This document shows, piece by piece, positions 1-11,517 of a stretch of 64,000 nt of DNA. The number at the start of each line of letters is the position of its first letter. Position 1 is the first letter of the stretch. The notes beneath the pieces are model-generated. The model did not search any database, was not told the origin of the DNA, and saw only the letters and a list, made by a program, of their open reading frames with translations. Origin of the DNA: Haliotis rufescens (taxonomy: Eukaryota); the NCBI RefSeq assembly GCF_023055435.1, contig NW_025963802.1:5208001-5272000 (forward strand), written 5' to 3'. Made by a program: the position numbers and the translations under genes.

Positions 1-107
1 AGCACTATTAATGTTTTCGAGAATTTTCGGATACAATTTATCTTTTTCGCTTAAATCCCGTTAACCAATAATCAAAATTTGCATTTTAATATGGCAGGTG
101 GAGAATT

Positions 108-240
108 AGTGAGTATGGTTTTACGCCGCTTTTAGCATTATTCCAACAATATAACGACGGGGGACACCTGAAATGGGCTTCACACATTGTACACATGTGA
201 GGAATCGAACCGGCCTTTGGCGGGACGAGCGAACGCGACC
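108..240 (-). mobile_element. tRNA-derived SINE family A (truncated)
   Basis: Matches full copies at 46255 and 49864; B-box GGTTCGATTCC and ACTC tail. Confidence 0.8.
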
Positions 241-799
241 TCCCCGTCACGTGTACAGAAAAACCACAAACTGTCACTTTTGGGCGCCTAATAGACTAAC
301 ATCTATTCTCTGAAATGAACATATCGTACAGAAAAAAAACCAGTTGTTCAGTTATCTTAATAAAAATATAATGAAAGGGAGACTCTCTTCATTTTCAGAT
401 ACTGATACTGCAGTAATCTAGACTTGCCAAACATTATAGACTTGCATGGGCTGTATTTGATATATATTTGTATCAGGGTCTGTATGACAGACTAGGCGCC
501 TAAATATGTTCATTAACACCCATTGGATTCTCCCACGCCAGGCAATGAAATCATAAAAAAATATTCTTTTATCCCACATGACATTAATAGCATCTTGTGT
601 ACACATCAGTATATCGTGGGAAGGGAATGATCAGAGACTGCGACAGTTGGATGACCCGCCTGACATATCTTTGCTCTGACAATGGACTGTCGTATGCAGC
701 TTGAGCGGGTGATTGAAGCCCTCTCAGCTTCAGGCTGAGTAAATACATCACGCCGTATTTGTTCAGATCTTCAACGAAGACCGTCTTACATATGCAGAG

Positions 800-2472
800 T
801 GTGTGTGTGCCTGTCCTTGATGTGGATGTGTGCGTTCCTCTCTGTGTGTCTGTCATGTGTGTATCTGTGATGTGTGAATGTGTCTGTCACGTGTCTTTGT
901 GTGTATCTGTGTGTGTATTTGATGTTTGTGTCTGTGTCTGTCTATGATGTGTGTATGTGTCTTTGTGTGTGATGTGTGTGTGTCTGTGTGTGTGATGTTG
1001 TTTGTGTCTGTGTGTGATGGTGTATGTCTGTGTGTGCGTGTGTGATGGTGTATGTGTCTCTATGTGTGATGGTGTATGTGTCTGTGTGTGAATGTGCAAG
1101 TGTCTGTGTGTGATGGTATGTGTCTGTGTGAGTGATGGTGTTTGTGTCTGTGTGTGAATGTGCAAGTGTCTGTGTGTGATGGTGTATGTGTCTGTGTGTG
1201 ATGGTGTATGTGTCTGTGCGTTATGGTGTATGTGTCTGTGCGTTATGGTGTATGTGTCTCTGTGTGTGATGGTGTATGTGTCCGTGTGTTATAGTGTATG
1301 TGTCTGAGTGTTATGGTGTATGTGTCTGTGCGTTATAGTGTATGTGTCTGTGTGTTATGGTGTATGTGTCTGTGCGTTATGGTGTATGTGTCTCTGTATG
1401 TGATGGTGTATGTGTCTGTGTGTGATTGTGTATGTGTCTGTGTGTGATGGTGTATGTGTCTGTGCGTTATGGTGTATGTGTCTGTGCGTTATGGTGTATG
1501 TGTCTGTGTGAGTGATGGTCTATGTGTCTGTGTGTGAATGTGCAAGTGTCTGTGTGTGATTGTGTATGTGTCTGTGTGTGATAGTGTATGTGTCTGTGCG
1601 TTAGGAAGTATGTGTCTGTGTATGTGATGGTGTATGTGTCTGTGCGTTATAGTGTATGTGTCCGTGTGGGTGATGGTGTATGTCTCTGTAGGTGATAGTG
1701 TATGTGTCTGTGCGTTATGGTGTATGTGTCTGTGCGTTATGGTGTATGTGTCTGTGTATGTGATGGTGTATGTGTCTGTGCGTTATGGTGTATGTGTCTC
1801 TGTATGTGATGGTGTATGTGTCTGTGCGTTATGGTGTATGTGTCTGTGCGTTATGGTGTATGTGTATGTGATAGTGTATGTGTCTTAGCGTTATGGTGTA
1901 TGTGTCTGTGCGTTATGGTGTATGTGTATGTGATAGTGTATGTGTCTGTGCGTTATGGTGTATGTGTCTCTGTATGTGATGGTGTATGTGTCTGTGCGTT
2001 ATGGTGTATGTGTCTGTGCGTTATGGTGTATGTGTATGTGATAGTGTATGTGTCTTAGCGTTATGGTGTATGTGTCTGTGCGTTATGGTGTATGTGTATG
2101 TGATAGTGTATGTGTCTGTGCGTTATGGTGTATGTGTCTGTGTATGTGATGGTGTATGTGTCTGTGCGTTATGGTGTATGTGTCTGTGCGTTATGGTGTA
2201 TGTGTCTCTGTATGTGATAGTGTATGTGTCTGTGCGTTATGGTGTATGTGTCCGTGTGGGTGATGGTGTATGTCTCTGTATGTGATAGTGTATGTGTCTG
2301 TGCGTTATGGTGTATGTGTCTGTGTATGTGATGGTGTATGTGTCTGTGCGTTATGGGGTATGTGTCTGTGCGTTATGGTGTATGTGTCTGTGTATGTGAT
2401 GGTGTATGTGTCCGTGTGGGTGATGGTGTATGTCTCTGTATGTGATAGTGTATGTGTCTGTGCGTTATGGTT
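800..2472. repeat. GT-rich complex minisatellite (about 20-22-bp units, e.g. GTGTATGTGTCTGTGCGTTATG)
   Basis: Directly visible tandem array; it explains the V/C/Y/M-rich ORFs. Confidence 0.95.
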
Positions 2473-3363
2473 ATGTGAAGTGGTAAACGTCTGAGACCTG
2501 CATCACTTCGGGCTTACCTCCCACATCAAGCTGACACGCCGTGATATAACTGGAATACTGTTAAAAGCGGCGTTAAACCCAACTCACTCACTCCACCCAT
2601 TGCCCCGTTGGATAGCAAGTAATATTGAAGATATGCAACGTCAATAGTAGAGTATGGCAACTTATATAACTGTGATGTAACCATAAGAGGAGAAACCAAC
2701 CCCGTATACAACTATTGTCTCTACAGAAAAATAATTAATACAGTATTGGCGCTTTAGTGATTAGTAAGAGGAACAAACATTCTCCATGTGATTCGGTATT
2801 TGCAAAGGAGAAGAACAAATATGATGTTATTTAATGTTAAGATATAGAACAGGATATTACATTAACTTTGGAACATCAAATATTTAACGAATAATATTAT
2901 ATTTTAAATTCTCAACCATTTTAAAGTCTGATCCTCTCACTGGACTCAAGCGTTGATAACAAATGACTGGTCCTTAAGAGGTTGTTGACACAAAGCCATT
3001 ACAGCATGAGATATTACGTTCAGGAAGAACAATCCATTATCCTCTCACGCCAGAATGCAAAAGTGGAGAGGTCAAAATAGCTTTTACCCTGAAAGGAGGA
3101 GGACGCCGTCCTCGATATGGATTATGTCAGGGATATCGCAAAACCTACTCCACCGTGTTGCAATACCATCAAAAATCCTGCCATGGGGGAAAGGACTCGT
3201 TTTAATCAAAACGTCATAAGCCAACTTATATAACAAAAATTAGAAATATGTATAGATTTTCCATTGAGGTTTGAATTTGCAAATTTGGGCAATCAAACAG
3301 TAAGTAGTTGGTAAGGAATACCCGCTGAATACGTGAATGGATGTCCAACGTGAGGTCTTGGAG

Positions 3364-3961
3364 TGAGTGAGTGAGTGAGTGAGTGTGGTTTTAAGCCGCT
3401 TTTAGCAATATTCCAGCAATATCACATCTTCCCAAGGCAAGGGAGTTAACTGACTAAAAAAGTCCAGTTTCCACCCTTGCCGAACTAGGCTGGTATTATG
3501 GAGTTAAATTTTGGCTGGACTAACGAGTCTAGGCATAGTCCAATCAAAATCGTGCATCGAAATCGAAATCCGGTTGCAGGATTTGCAAAACATGTGCACC
3601 GCCAACTCGTTGTAAGACCCGTTTTATCACAACATAGACCTTGATTATCGATCTGATCGTCTTGACTGAGCGCCACTGTTTGCAAATGCAATTGATAGGA
3701 GAGGTGGAATCTGATTGGTCTAAAGGAGAGGCTCAGAAGGGACATAACTCGTAATAGCCACTGGTGGCGCTACGATAGAGCCCAGGACTTCCAGCCTTGT
3801 TCGGCAAGGGTGGAAACTGGTCTTTTAAAGTCAGTTAACTCTCTTGCCTCAGGAAGATGGCAATATCACGGCGTATATGTGCTTCACACATGTCGGGAAT
3901 GGAACCCGTGTCTTCAGCGTGACGAGCGAACGCTTTAACCACTAGGCTACACGACCGCCCC
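3364..3961 (-). mobile_element. SINE family A interrupted by a MITE
   Basis: 13-bp TSD TGAGGTCTTGGAG (3351-3363 and 3962-3974), (ACTC)n tail, tRNA head with A/B boxes. Confidence 0.85.
3425..3859. mobile_element. MITE with about 69-bp TIRs and 9-bp TSD (Mutator- or Merlin-like)
   Basis: TIR CATCTTCC..AGGCAAG.GAGTTAACTGACT...CCAGTTTCCACCCTTGCCGAAC.AGGCTGG at both ends; TSD GCAATATCA at 3416-3424 and 3860-3868. Confidence 0.85.
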
Positions 3962-5033
3962 TGAGGTCTTGGAGGTATAGGTAGAGTTGTGAAAGCATAA
4001 TTTCTTGACAAGCAATGAATTAGTCAAATGTGAAACCAATGACAGGTCGTAACAGGTCGATTTACATTTTTAACTGCGAAAAAATAAGATTAACACCAGA
4101 AATACTGTTAGGACGATCAGGAAAGAAAAATCCATGGAAATATTTGATTTTATAAATGAAAAATATGAGGGTGGGTGATAATTTGGAGGGGGTGTAGGTT
4201 GGGGTGTTTTCCAAACCGTTAAAACGTCAGCCGTGGTTCCTGTTGTAAGTAACGGCAAGGCAAAAAACTAAGCGTCGAACTTCAAGTAACAAATTAAGAA
4301 CCATAATTAAGAGGAATATTGATAAACCAGCCACAAGTTTAGCCGTTAGATGGATTGGTTAAATCCCCATATAAAGTGTAGGGAGGAAACGAGCCCATCA
4401 AATTACCATCAATCAAATTATTCGAAATAAACTGTGTCTATTTCATACGCTGAGAAATAAGGCGTAAATCAACTTGAAATTCTTTGTCCCTTTGATGAAT
4501 TTTATCAAAATCTTTATCAATTAATAAATGTGGGATTTTAAAGGCGGGATCCTTAAGAAGAGGCTGTAACCCTTTAAATGGTTTAAAATGGATGAATTAA
4601 AAAAATCCGATAGAAGTAACAGATTAGGAGGGCATAGTTTGGAAGCTGTTTTCTGTCCCTTACAATTTGAATTCTCATGTCGTGTTCACCCAGTTTCAAC
4701 CCAGTGGCAATGAATTTTTAATATACAAATCTAAATGAATGCGACCATCACAAGTTAATATCATAGTTTTTATACCATTACAAGTTAAAATCATAGTTTT
4801 TATACCAATTAAAGGAATAGCGCAGGGTTCGTGTTCGAGAGCCATCGAACTTTCTAAATTGTGTACATTTGTAAACAGAGGTGACGTGTAACATCACGTT
4901 CAACATGTTTGGCGTCTCACTTATCACGTGTACTTAGTGGAAATTGTTAGAAGCGCACATAAAATATGTTTCTCAAATTATCTCTGAAAGGTGATATGAA
5001 ATTCCCATTTGTACAATGGGTCAAATGGACATA

Positions 5034-5193
5034 CACTAAACTACGGTTATAACGAACACGCTTATAACGAACTGACGGATATAACGAACTTACTTTTTTG
5101 GTCCCGACTATGTATATTAGCTTATAACGAACTACGGTTATAACTAACTAAAGTTAGTAGTCCCTTTGAGTTCGTTATAACCGTAGTTTACTG
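5034..5193. mobile_element. pogo/Tigger-like MITE
   Basis: TIRs CA.TAAACTACGGTTATAACGAAC, TA flanks, internal ATAACGAA repeats. Confidence 0.8.
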
Positions 5194-5797
5194 TATATTC
5201 TGAAATAAACTGTTTCCCAGTCCGATTATGCGGAATTGATTTGTATGCCTCTGTGGGTAGTATAAACATGTCTCTGTGATAGTGTTATTTTACACATTAC
5301 AGATAGTGTTATTGGAGAGTGGACTATTGGCATTTCGTTTTTTGTGGTCGTGTGCGTTTTGCACCGCACCGAGTGAGTGAGTGAGTATACTTTTACGACG
5401 CTTTGTGCACTATCCCAGAACTACCTCGACGGGGATTAACACTTGAAAAATATAACATGCATTAGACTTGTGTGGTGAGGGGGTAGCGATGCGCCCACAA
5501 ACACCCTCTGGATCCGAGTATGACGTTTACCACTTTGTCGAGACCCACAAGCGAAGGTGCGGTGTAGAATAATGGATTCGAACCCAACAATCAGCGGATC
5601 CTGGGAACATCCGTCCACAGTACATCAATCTAACCTCTGGATCTAATCACGTGAAACTCCAGATCAAATTGTGGAATAAAGACAAAACAAGGACTTTTCA
5701 CTATAATTTATTATAAAATCTTAAGTAAATACTATTTGTATAAATACTATATTTATTTATTAGCACTGTATGTCCTTCGCTAGGCCTTTTATAAGTT

Positions 5798-5802
<5 letters not shown>

Positions 5803-5864
<62 letters not shown>
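5803..5864. repeat. (GT)n microsatellite in the probable 3'UTR of cdc25 copy 1
   Basis: About 30 pure GT units. Confidence 0.95.
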
Positions 5865-5865
<1 letters not shown>

Positions 5866-6268
5866 ATGCATGCATGCTGAGAATATGCATAATACCAATG
5901 CAAAATGGCTACATGAACATTAAACATATTTCATGAGAATGATGGAATGATGCTCAAGAACAGACTGAAAGTTCCCTTCATTTAAAGCAGTTATTGTATA
6001 AATCGCCGATCACACCCCCATGTCCCCGTCTCGATACATGATGAACAATTCTGGTTGGATTTGAACTCAAGTCATTACAAGTGCAGACCTGAGTACAAGA
6101 GTAGATCGAATGAGTTATGACAAACGTTATAAATACCATAGAAAACAGAAATAGCCCACGTCAGGGATAGTCTTACTTCAATAAATACACTGTACCCAAA
6201 GGCAACAACAACAAGAGTCATATCACAGGCGCTTGTAAAAACAAATAACACGTAACAAATGTCCCCGG

Positions 6269-9200
6269 CTACCACTGGCATTTGATGGGGGATCCGTCAA
6301 GGCGTCTACTGCGCATGCTTTGTTTCTCGCCTGCTGTCCACGACTTTGACTTCATCCGGAAGTGACGTAATTGCTGAGAATAGGATTCGTGCACCATAGG
6401 CAGGTACGTTTGAGGCTCGCAGTGATTCTGAAAGATAGACAGGCGTTTGAATGTTGTTTATCAATAGTCATCAATTATGTACCAATTATGAGAAAAATGG
6501 CTCTGGCTGAAAATTGACAGGGCTATAATGAAAGGGTTAAGAACACTGTCAAATCAACTGCTGTACTTAGACGCATGTTAATGTGATTTGAAACATTATT
6601 ATGGTGGTATGTAAAACAACACGGAAGAAACTCCATTGTTATAACGCACCTGATGTTGTTCATAGAAGGCCTTGTACCCGCCATCCAGCAGGTACACTTC
6701 CGGGTAGAAGAGGAACGGGTAGCGGTCGCTGTTTAACTTCCGGTCCATTCTTCTCAAATGACGTAGTCTGATAAGGGAATCGGATATCAACTTAATGACT
6801 TACTTACTGAGATGAAATTATATTCAGGAAAATACGAAATATCTTTCAGTATGTAAGACAATATGATCAATGCCATCGCCCTTGTTCAAAATGCTATTTA
6901 TTAGCTGGGACAATTAATTGTACGGTTAATGAATATGAATATAATTACTGTGAAAATGTATACATCGGTTGTTGTAATATGAATAGGATCCGGTAAAACA
7001 TTCCATGGTAAGCTACGTGGCAATCTATGGTTGAGCTTCTATGGTCATCTGTATGACATTCTATAGTAGGCAGTATGACATTCTATGGTAAACTGTTGGG
7101 CATTTTATAAATGGTAATCTGTATGGCGTCCTATGGTCATCTGTATGACATTCTATAGAAGGCTGTATGACATTCTATGGTAAACTGTTGGGCATTTTAT
7201 AAATGGTAATCTGTATGGCGTCCTATGGTCATCTGTATGACATTCTGTAGTAAACTGTATGACAATCTATGGAAAACTGTTGGGCATTTGATAAATGGTA
7301 ATCTGTATGGCGTCCTATGGTAATTTTCATGACATTCTATAGTGAGCTGTATGACATTTAAGACTTAAGGCATTCACATAAGGAACAGAATTTATCTGTC
7401 AACGGCTTTATTATGAGAAACACAACGTAACGGAGTATATGCTTACTTCTTCATCAGCCGGATCATACATGAATTCTTTTCCTCGTGTGTGACATTTGAT
7501 AAGCTATATGACATTCTATATTAGGCTGCATAGCATTCTCTGGTAATCTCTGGCATTCTGTGGTAGGATGTATGACATTCTATGACCATCTTTGTGACGT
7601 TTTATGGTAAACTGTATGACGTTTTATGGTAAAGTTGTTACATGTATGGACCCATGTGGTAAACAATAAGGCATTCTGCGTAATCTGAGGCTGTGTACTG
7701 TAAGTTTGCAGCACTTTAATGTTGAATGGATGACATTCTTACAGTTTAGGTCCCCTCTCCGACGAGAACTCGCAGTGGAATATGAGGACATTCCTTTCAG
7801 TGGACACACTCCCTCGTTGAGCGGTGATTACATCCGTTATGAGAGCCTCGGTGTGAAGGTTTAGCGCTCCCTGGGAGGACATGAAATGAAATGGTTAGTT
7901 GAACCAGTAACACAAATTGTAAAGATGATTTTGACAGAGGTTTCAATATTGGATTGTATGGTACTTGTATGGAACAGTTTCTTTCCCTTTCGATGATATA
8001 AAAATGTTACCTCAATGTGTCCTCCTTCGTACTCATACGGATAACGACAATCAATAATTTGGTATCCGGAAATGACGTCATTGTATTTCCCTGCCAGTAG
8101 TTGACTGACTGTGAGGGGAGACACCGACTTCAGATCCTTGTGTCTCCCTTTGATTGTAGGGAGAGAGTGTGCCTACAAAGATAGAAAATATGTCTGTGAA
8201 ACTTTAGAAATCCTGCGCAAGTATGGGTTTGGGTTCAGTGAAACCTTTAACAAGTTATATACATATGATATCTGTCAGCACTGATGAAAACGCCTGATTC
8301 TATTTTGCAGATTTTGAAATCGAAATAAGATTCAGTGAGAAGCACTCGTAAAACCATTAGTTTCGAAATTATCTATGATCAACCGCACAAATCGGACAAA
8401 GGTTGTACAACTCGGCAATATTCCAACTATATGACAGGAGGTCTGCTTATAAGTCTAGACCAGACAATCCAATGACTGACACCATGAGCATCGTTTTGCG
8501 CAATTTGGATACATTTGTCGCCTTTTAGGTCTAGCCATTGTAATAAGTCACCAGTGTAACATTTGAGAATCTACCAGACTGACATCAAGCATGACATTTA
8601 CGTTCACAGACAAAGAGGGTTTAAACACATTTAATCGAATTGCTAAGATTGCCCATGACCAGAGTCTCGCCTAAACCTATTAAGGACTACTACTCTACGC
8701 TTGACAGGGACATTCCTATTATTCCGAACTCCGAACGTGATTATGGAGACAGGAACTATCTGAGGATCCCTATCAAAACTTGAGTTGTATACTTTGTTAG
8801 CTCAGCTTACCCTAGTTCCGTCCCCGATAAGGTTTGCCTCCTCACTCTCCATCCTCTCGACTGCTGTCTTCAGGGACTCCAGACACAAACTCTAAAAACA
8901 TACACATCTATTGTTAAACGCGGAAATTAAGCCTTCTGAAGAGGAAGACTCCAGGTGCATGTCATCCTCAATGTATCCTTTTCTATTGGAGTGAATACTC
9001 TGTTATTGTTGTCTGTTGTTTAACGTCGCATTTAGCAATATTCCAGCTACATGACGGAGGTCTGTAAATAACCGAGTCTGGACACTCGGCAGTGATTGAC
9101 ATCTTGAGGATCGTTCTTGTGAGTGAGTGAATGAGTGAGTATGGTTTTACGCCGCTTTTAGCAATATTCCAGCAATATCACGGGACACCAGACACCAGAA

Positions 9201-11517
9201 ATGGGCTTCACACATTGTACCCATGTCGGGAATCGAACCCGGGTCTTCGGCGTGACGAGCGAACGCTTTAACCACTAGGCTAACCGCCCGCCCGAGGATC
9301 GTTCTACGCAATTGGGACACGATGACATGCATTAACCACGTCAGCGAACCTGGCCACCCGATCCCTATGGTTTTACAAGCATAGTCGCCTTTTATGGGTT
9401 GCTAAAGACCTATTAGATTATATACAGGCGTCTCTGGTATTGAAAGAATATCGCTGAATGTGGCGTAAATTAATATTAACTCATTTAACGTTAATCAAGT
9501 CAGTGAGCCTAGACACCGCCTCTTACTACAAGCATGGAAGACAAATTCTAACTCGGATCGTCACGGATCGAATAAATACCCAGGACCCATTCGGTATTCG
9601 AACACATCGCTAAAAATAGCCGTCCAATCAGATTGCACTCATTTCCACACTTCGTGATAGGACAAATGGAGATGATGACGTCACATCCGAAACGAAGGCT
9701 TTGCTGCTAATGGGTGAGGGGTATTTACGGAGATATATTTCGTGGATAATCGAGGATGGCTGTATTTGAATGTGAAGAGTAGTTAGTTAAAAAGACAGAC
9801 ACTCTTCCTTCATTTGATTTGTTGTGTTTTGTTCTGTATATCAAGGTCTGTCAACTGAATATAAGAGGAGCGTTGTGGACGTCTGCAAGTTTATGAAACC
9901 CAACAATACGGGTATTGTGTTGACACACCAGGGATCCGAATCCACGATCATAGTATCATGACACGCCTAAGTGACGCAACTCTACATCGAAAATTGCGGT
10001 ACCTTACACGATTCGCAACATTTAGGGTTGATTAATAACTTGCTTGATAACGGTGTTAGAACCTACACGGAAACGTCGCTCCTAATTTTATAAAGAAGTT
10101 GTTTATCCATATATCTTATCCTTACTTAGTACTTTTAAATGCCTCTCAAAGAAAACATGTAGGTTATTTAACATTAACATAAATAAGCATGTTTTATTTT
10201 ATTACATAAAATCAGATATTGCCTTGAACTGAAGTCATATAGCGTTGCATCACGAGTGCAAATCTCAAGCCACGTGCTGACCGTGGATTTGTGGGAACGA
10301 ATGAGTGTCGCTACATCGTTTGAGACACTCAATGCCTATGAATACGTGACAAAAATAATCTTAAGAGATATAGGTATTACCTCATTGGGAATCGGCTTGA
10401 AAAGGAATTTTCTCGGTAAGTTCTGTGGTGAGTTATCGCCCCTTGTGGGCGTATCCTGTTCCTGAAAACAATAACACACATATGTATTCCACTTATCTAC
10501 ACCTGACGCCTATGTCTCCATGAATGTCTCTTTTTAAAAAAAAGAATTCTAAAAAAACCCGCTTTCAGTAACCAAATATTGATCAGGGTGTTAGAATAAC
10601 AATTCTATGGAAAAGTAACATTTTGACGCTGTTTTACAATGTACTTTTATGTGTTTGGGGAATTGAAAATAACGACAATGAAGTACATGTAAGTCTACTC
10701 AGAAAAGATAAAGGATCACCCGATTCTTTCATATTACTTCCCATTGTGAATTGTATATAAGTTCGATAAATCAACCTTTATCAGTTTCGTCAAACATGTA
10801 CTTAATGCTCAAGTGCATTGACAATTTCAATAATTCAGTAATGCTTCAGTTATTATAAAAGTATGGTTGGCTATTCCAGCAGATCAGCGTCCTGTGTACG
10901 TACCATGGCTGTGCTCTCGGGGGAGTCGATGCCACTGTCAGTGAAATCCTCCTCCAACTCACAGTAACCCGGGCAGGTGTTACGTTGTGGGGTCACGTGC
11001 CCACGACAGTCACGTGATCCACTCTCCACGTCAGCGTCACTCAATGGATGTGACGTACCCCGGCACTCCCCACCCAAGCTGGTGTGAGGTGTCGTCATGT
11101 GACGCATCTTGGCAGGGTGAGGCATACAGCAAGGGGGAGCCGAATCGTCGAACTATAACAAGCAAGATTAACGTGCTATTTGTATATGTATCATGTTTGG
11201 GAGAGGCATTCAGATAAGCAAAATTTGCTTGTTTGCCAATCCCTCCACTTTATGGAAATAAATATGTTTATAAGATGTTAAGAAAGCATGCCGCCTTTTA
11301 CCTCGTATATTAAAAATGTTCTTCCACATCACTACGATACTATGAATGATGGAAAAAGCTGGGCGTCGAATTAAAGTATACGAATATATTAAAAAACATT
11401 CAGTTCAGTTCAATATTTATTTTACTTGTTTGTTACTTTGACGCATTGCAATAAACAGTCATCTAGGTGGAAATAAACATGCACAGAAATACTCACCGCC
11501 AGACGTCTTCGTGGCAT
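6269..11517 (-). CDS. CDC25: Cdc25 M-phase inducer phosphatase, paralogue 1 (332 aa, 8 coding exons)
   Basis: Manually spliced, all GT-AG, frame-consistent exons: 11517-11497, 11152-10904, 10461-10381, 8891-8811, 8172-8011, 7870-7743, 6767-6650, 6427-6269 (999 nt including TAG). Encodes MPRRRLAF..., [95 protein letters not shown]: the Cdc25 rhodanese catalytic domain with HC(X5)R. Confidence 0.95.
7005..7700. repeat. About 22-bp tandem repeat (TATGACATTCTATGGTAAACTG) in a cdc25 copy 1 intron
   Basis: Visible degenerate array, interrupted at about 7365-7490. Confidence 0.85.
9118..9293 (-). mobile_element. SINE family A nested inside a family C element (9010-9415)
   Basis: 12-bp TSD GAGGATCGTTCT at 9106-9117 and 9294-9305; family C sequence continues on both sides. 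Confidence 0.85.

Noticed and set aside
600-820. Possible terminal exon IFNEDRLTYAECVCACP* (767-820) and upstream coding-like text
   Set aside because: No recognisable family or linkable upstream exon, and it merges into the GT repeat.
759-2494. Multiple V/C/Y/M- and H/T-rich ORFs
   Set aside because: Translations of the GT-rich minisatellite.
2595-2740. FSVET...LAIQRGN resembling a CRE-type restriction-like endonuclease C-terminus
   Set aside because: Two in-frame stops, no upstream PD..D or CCHC motif seen, and another frame looks equally protein-like.
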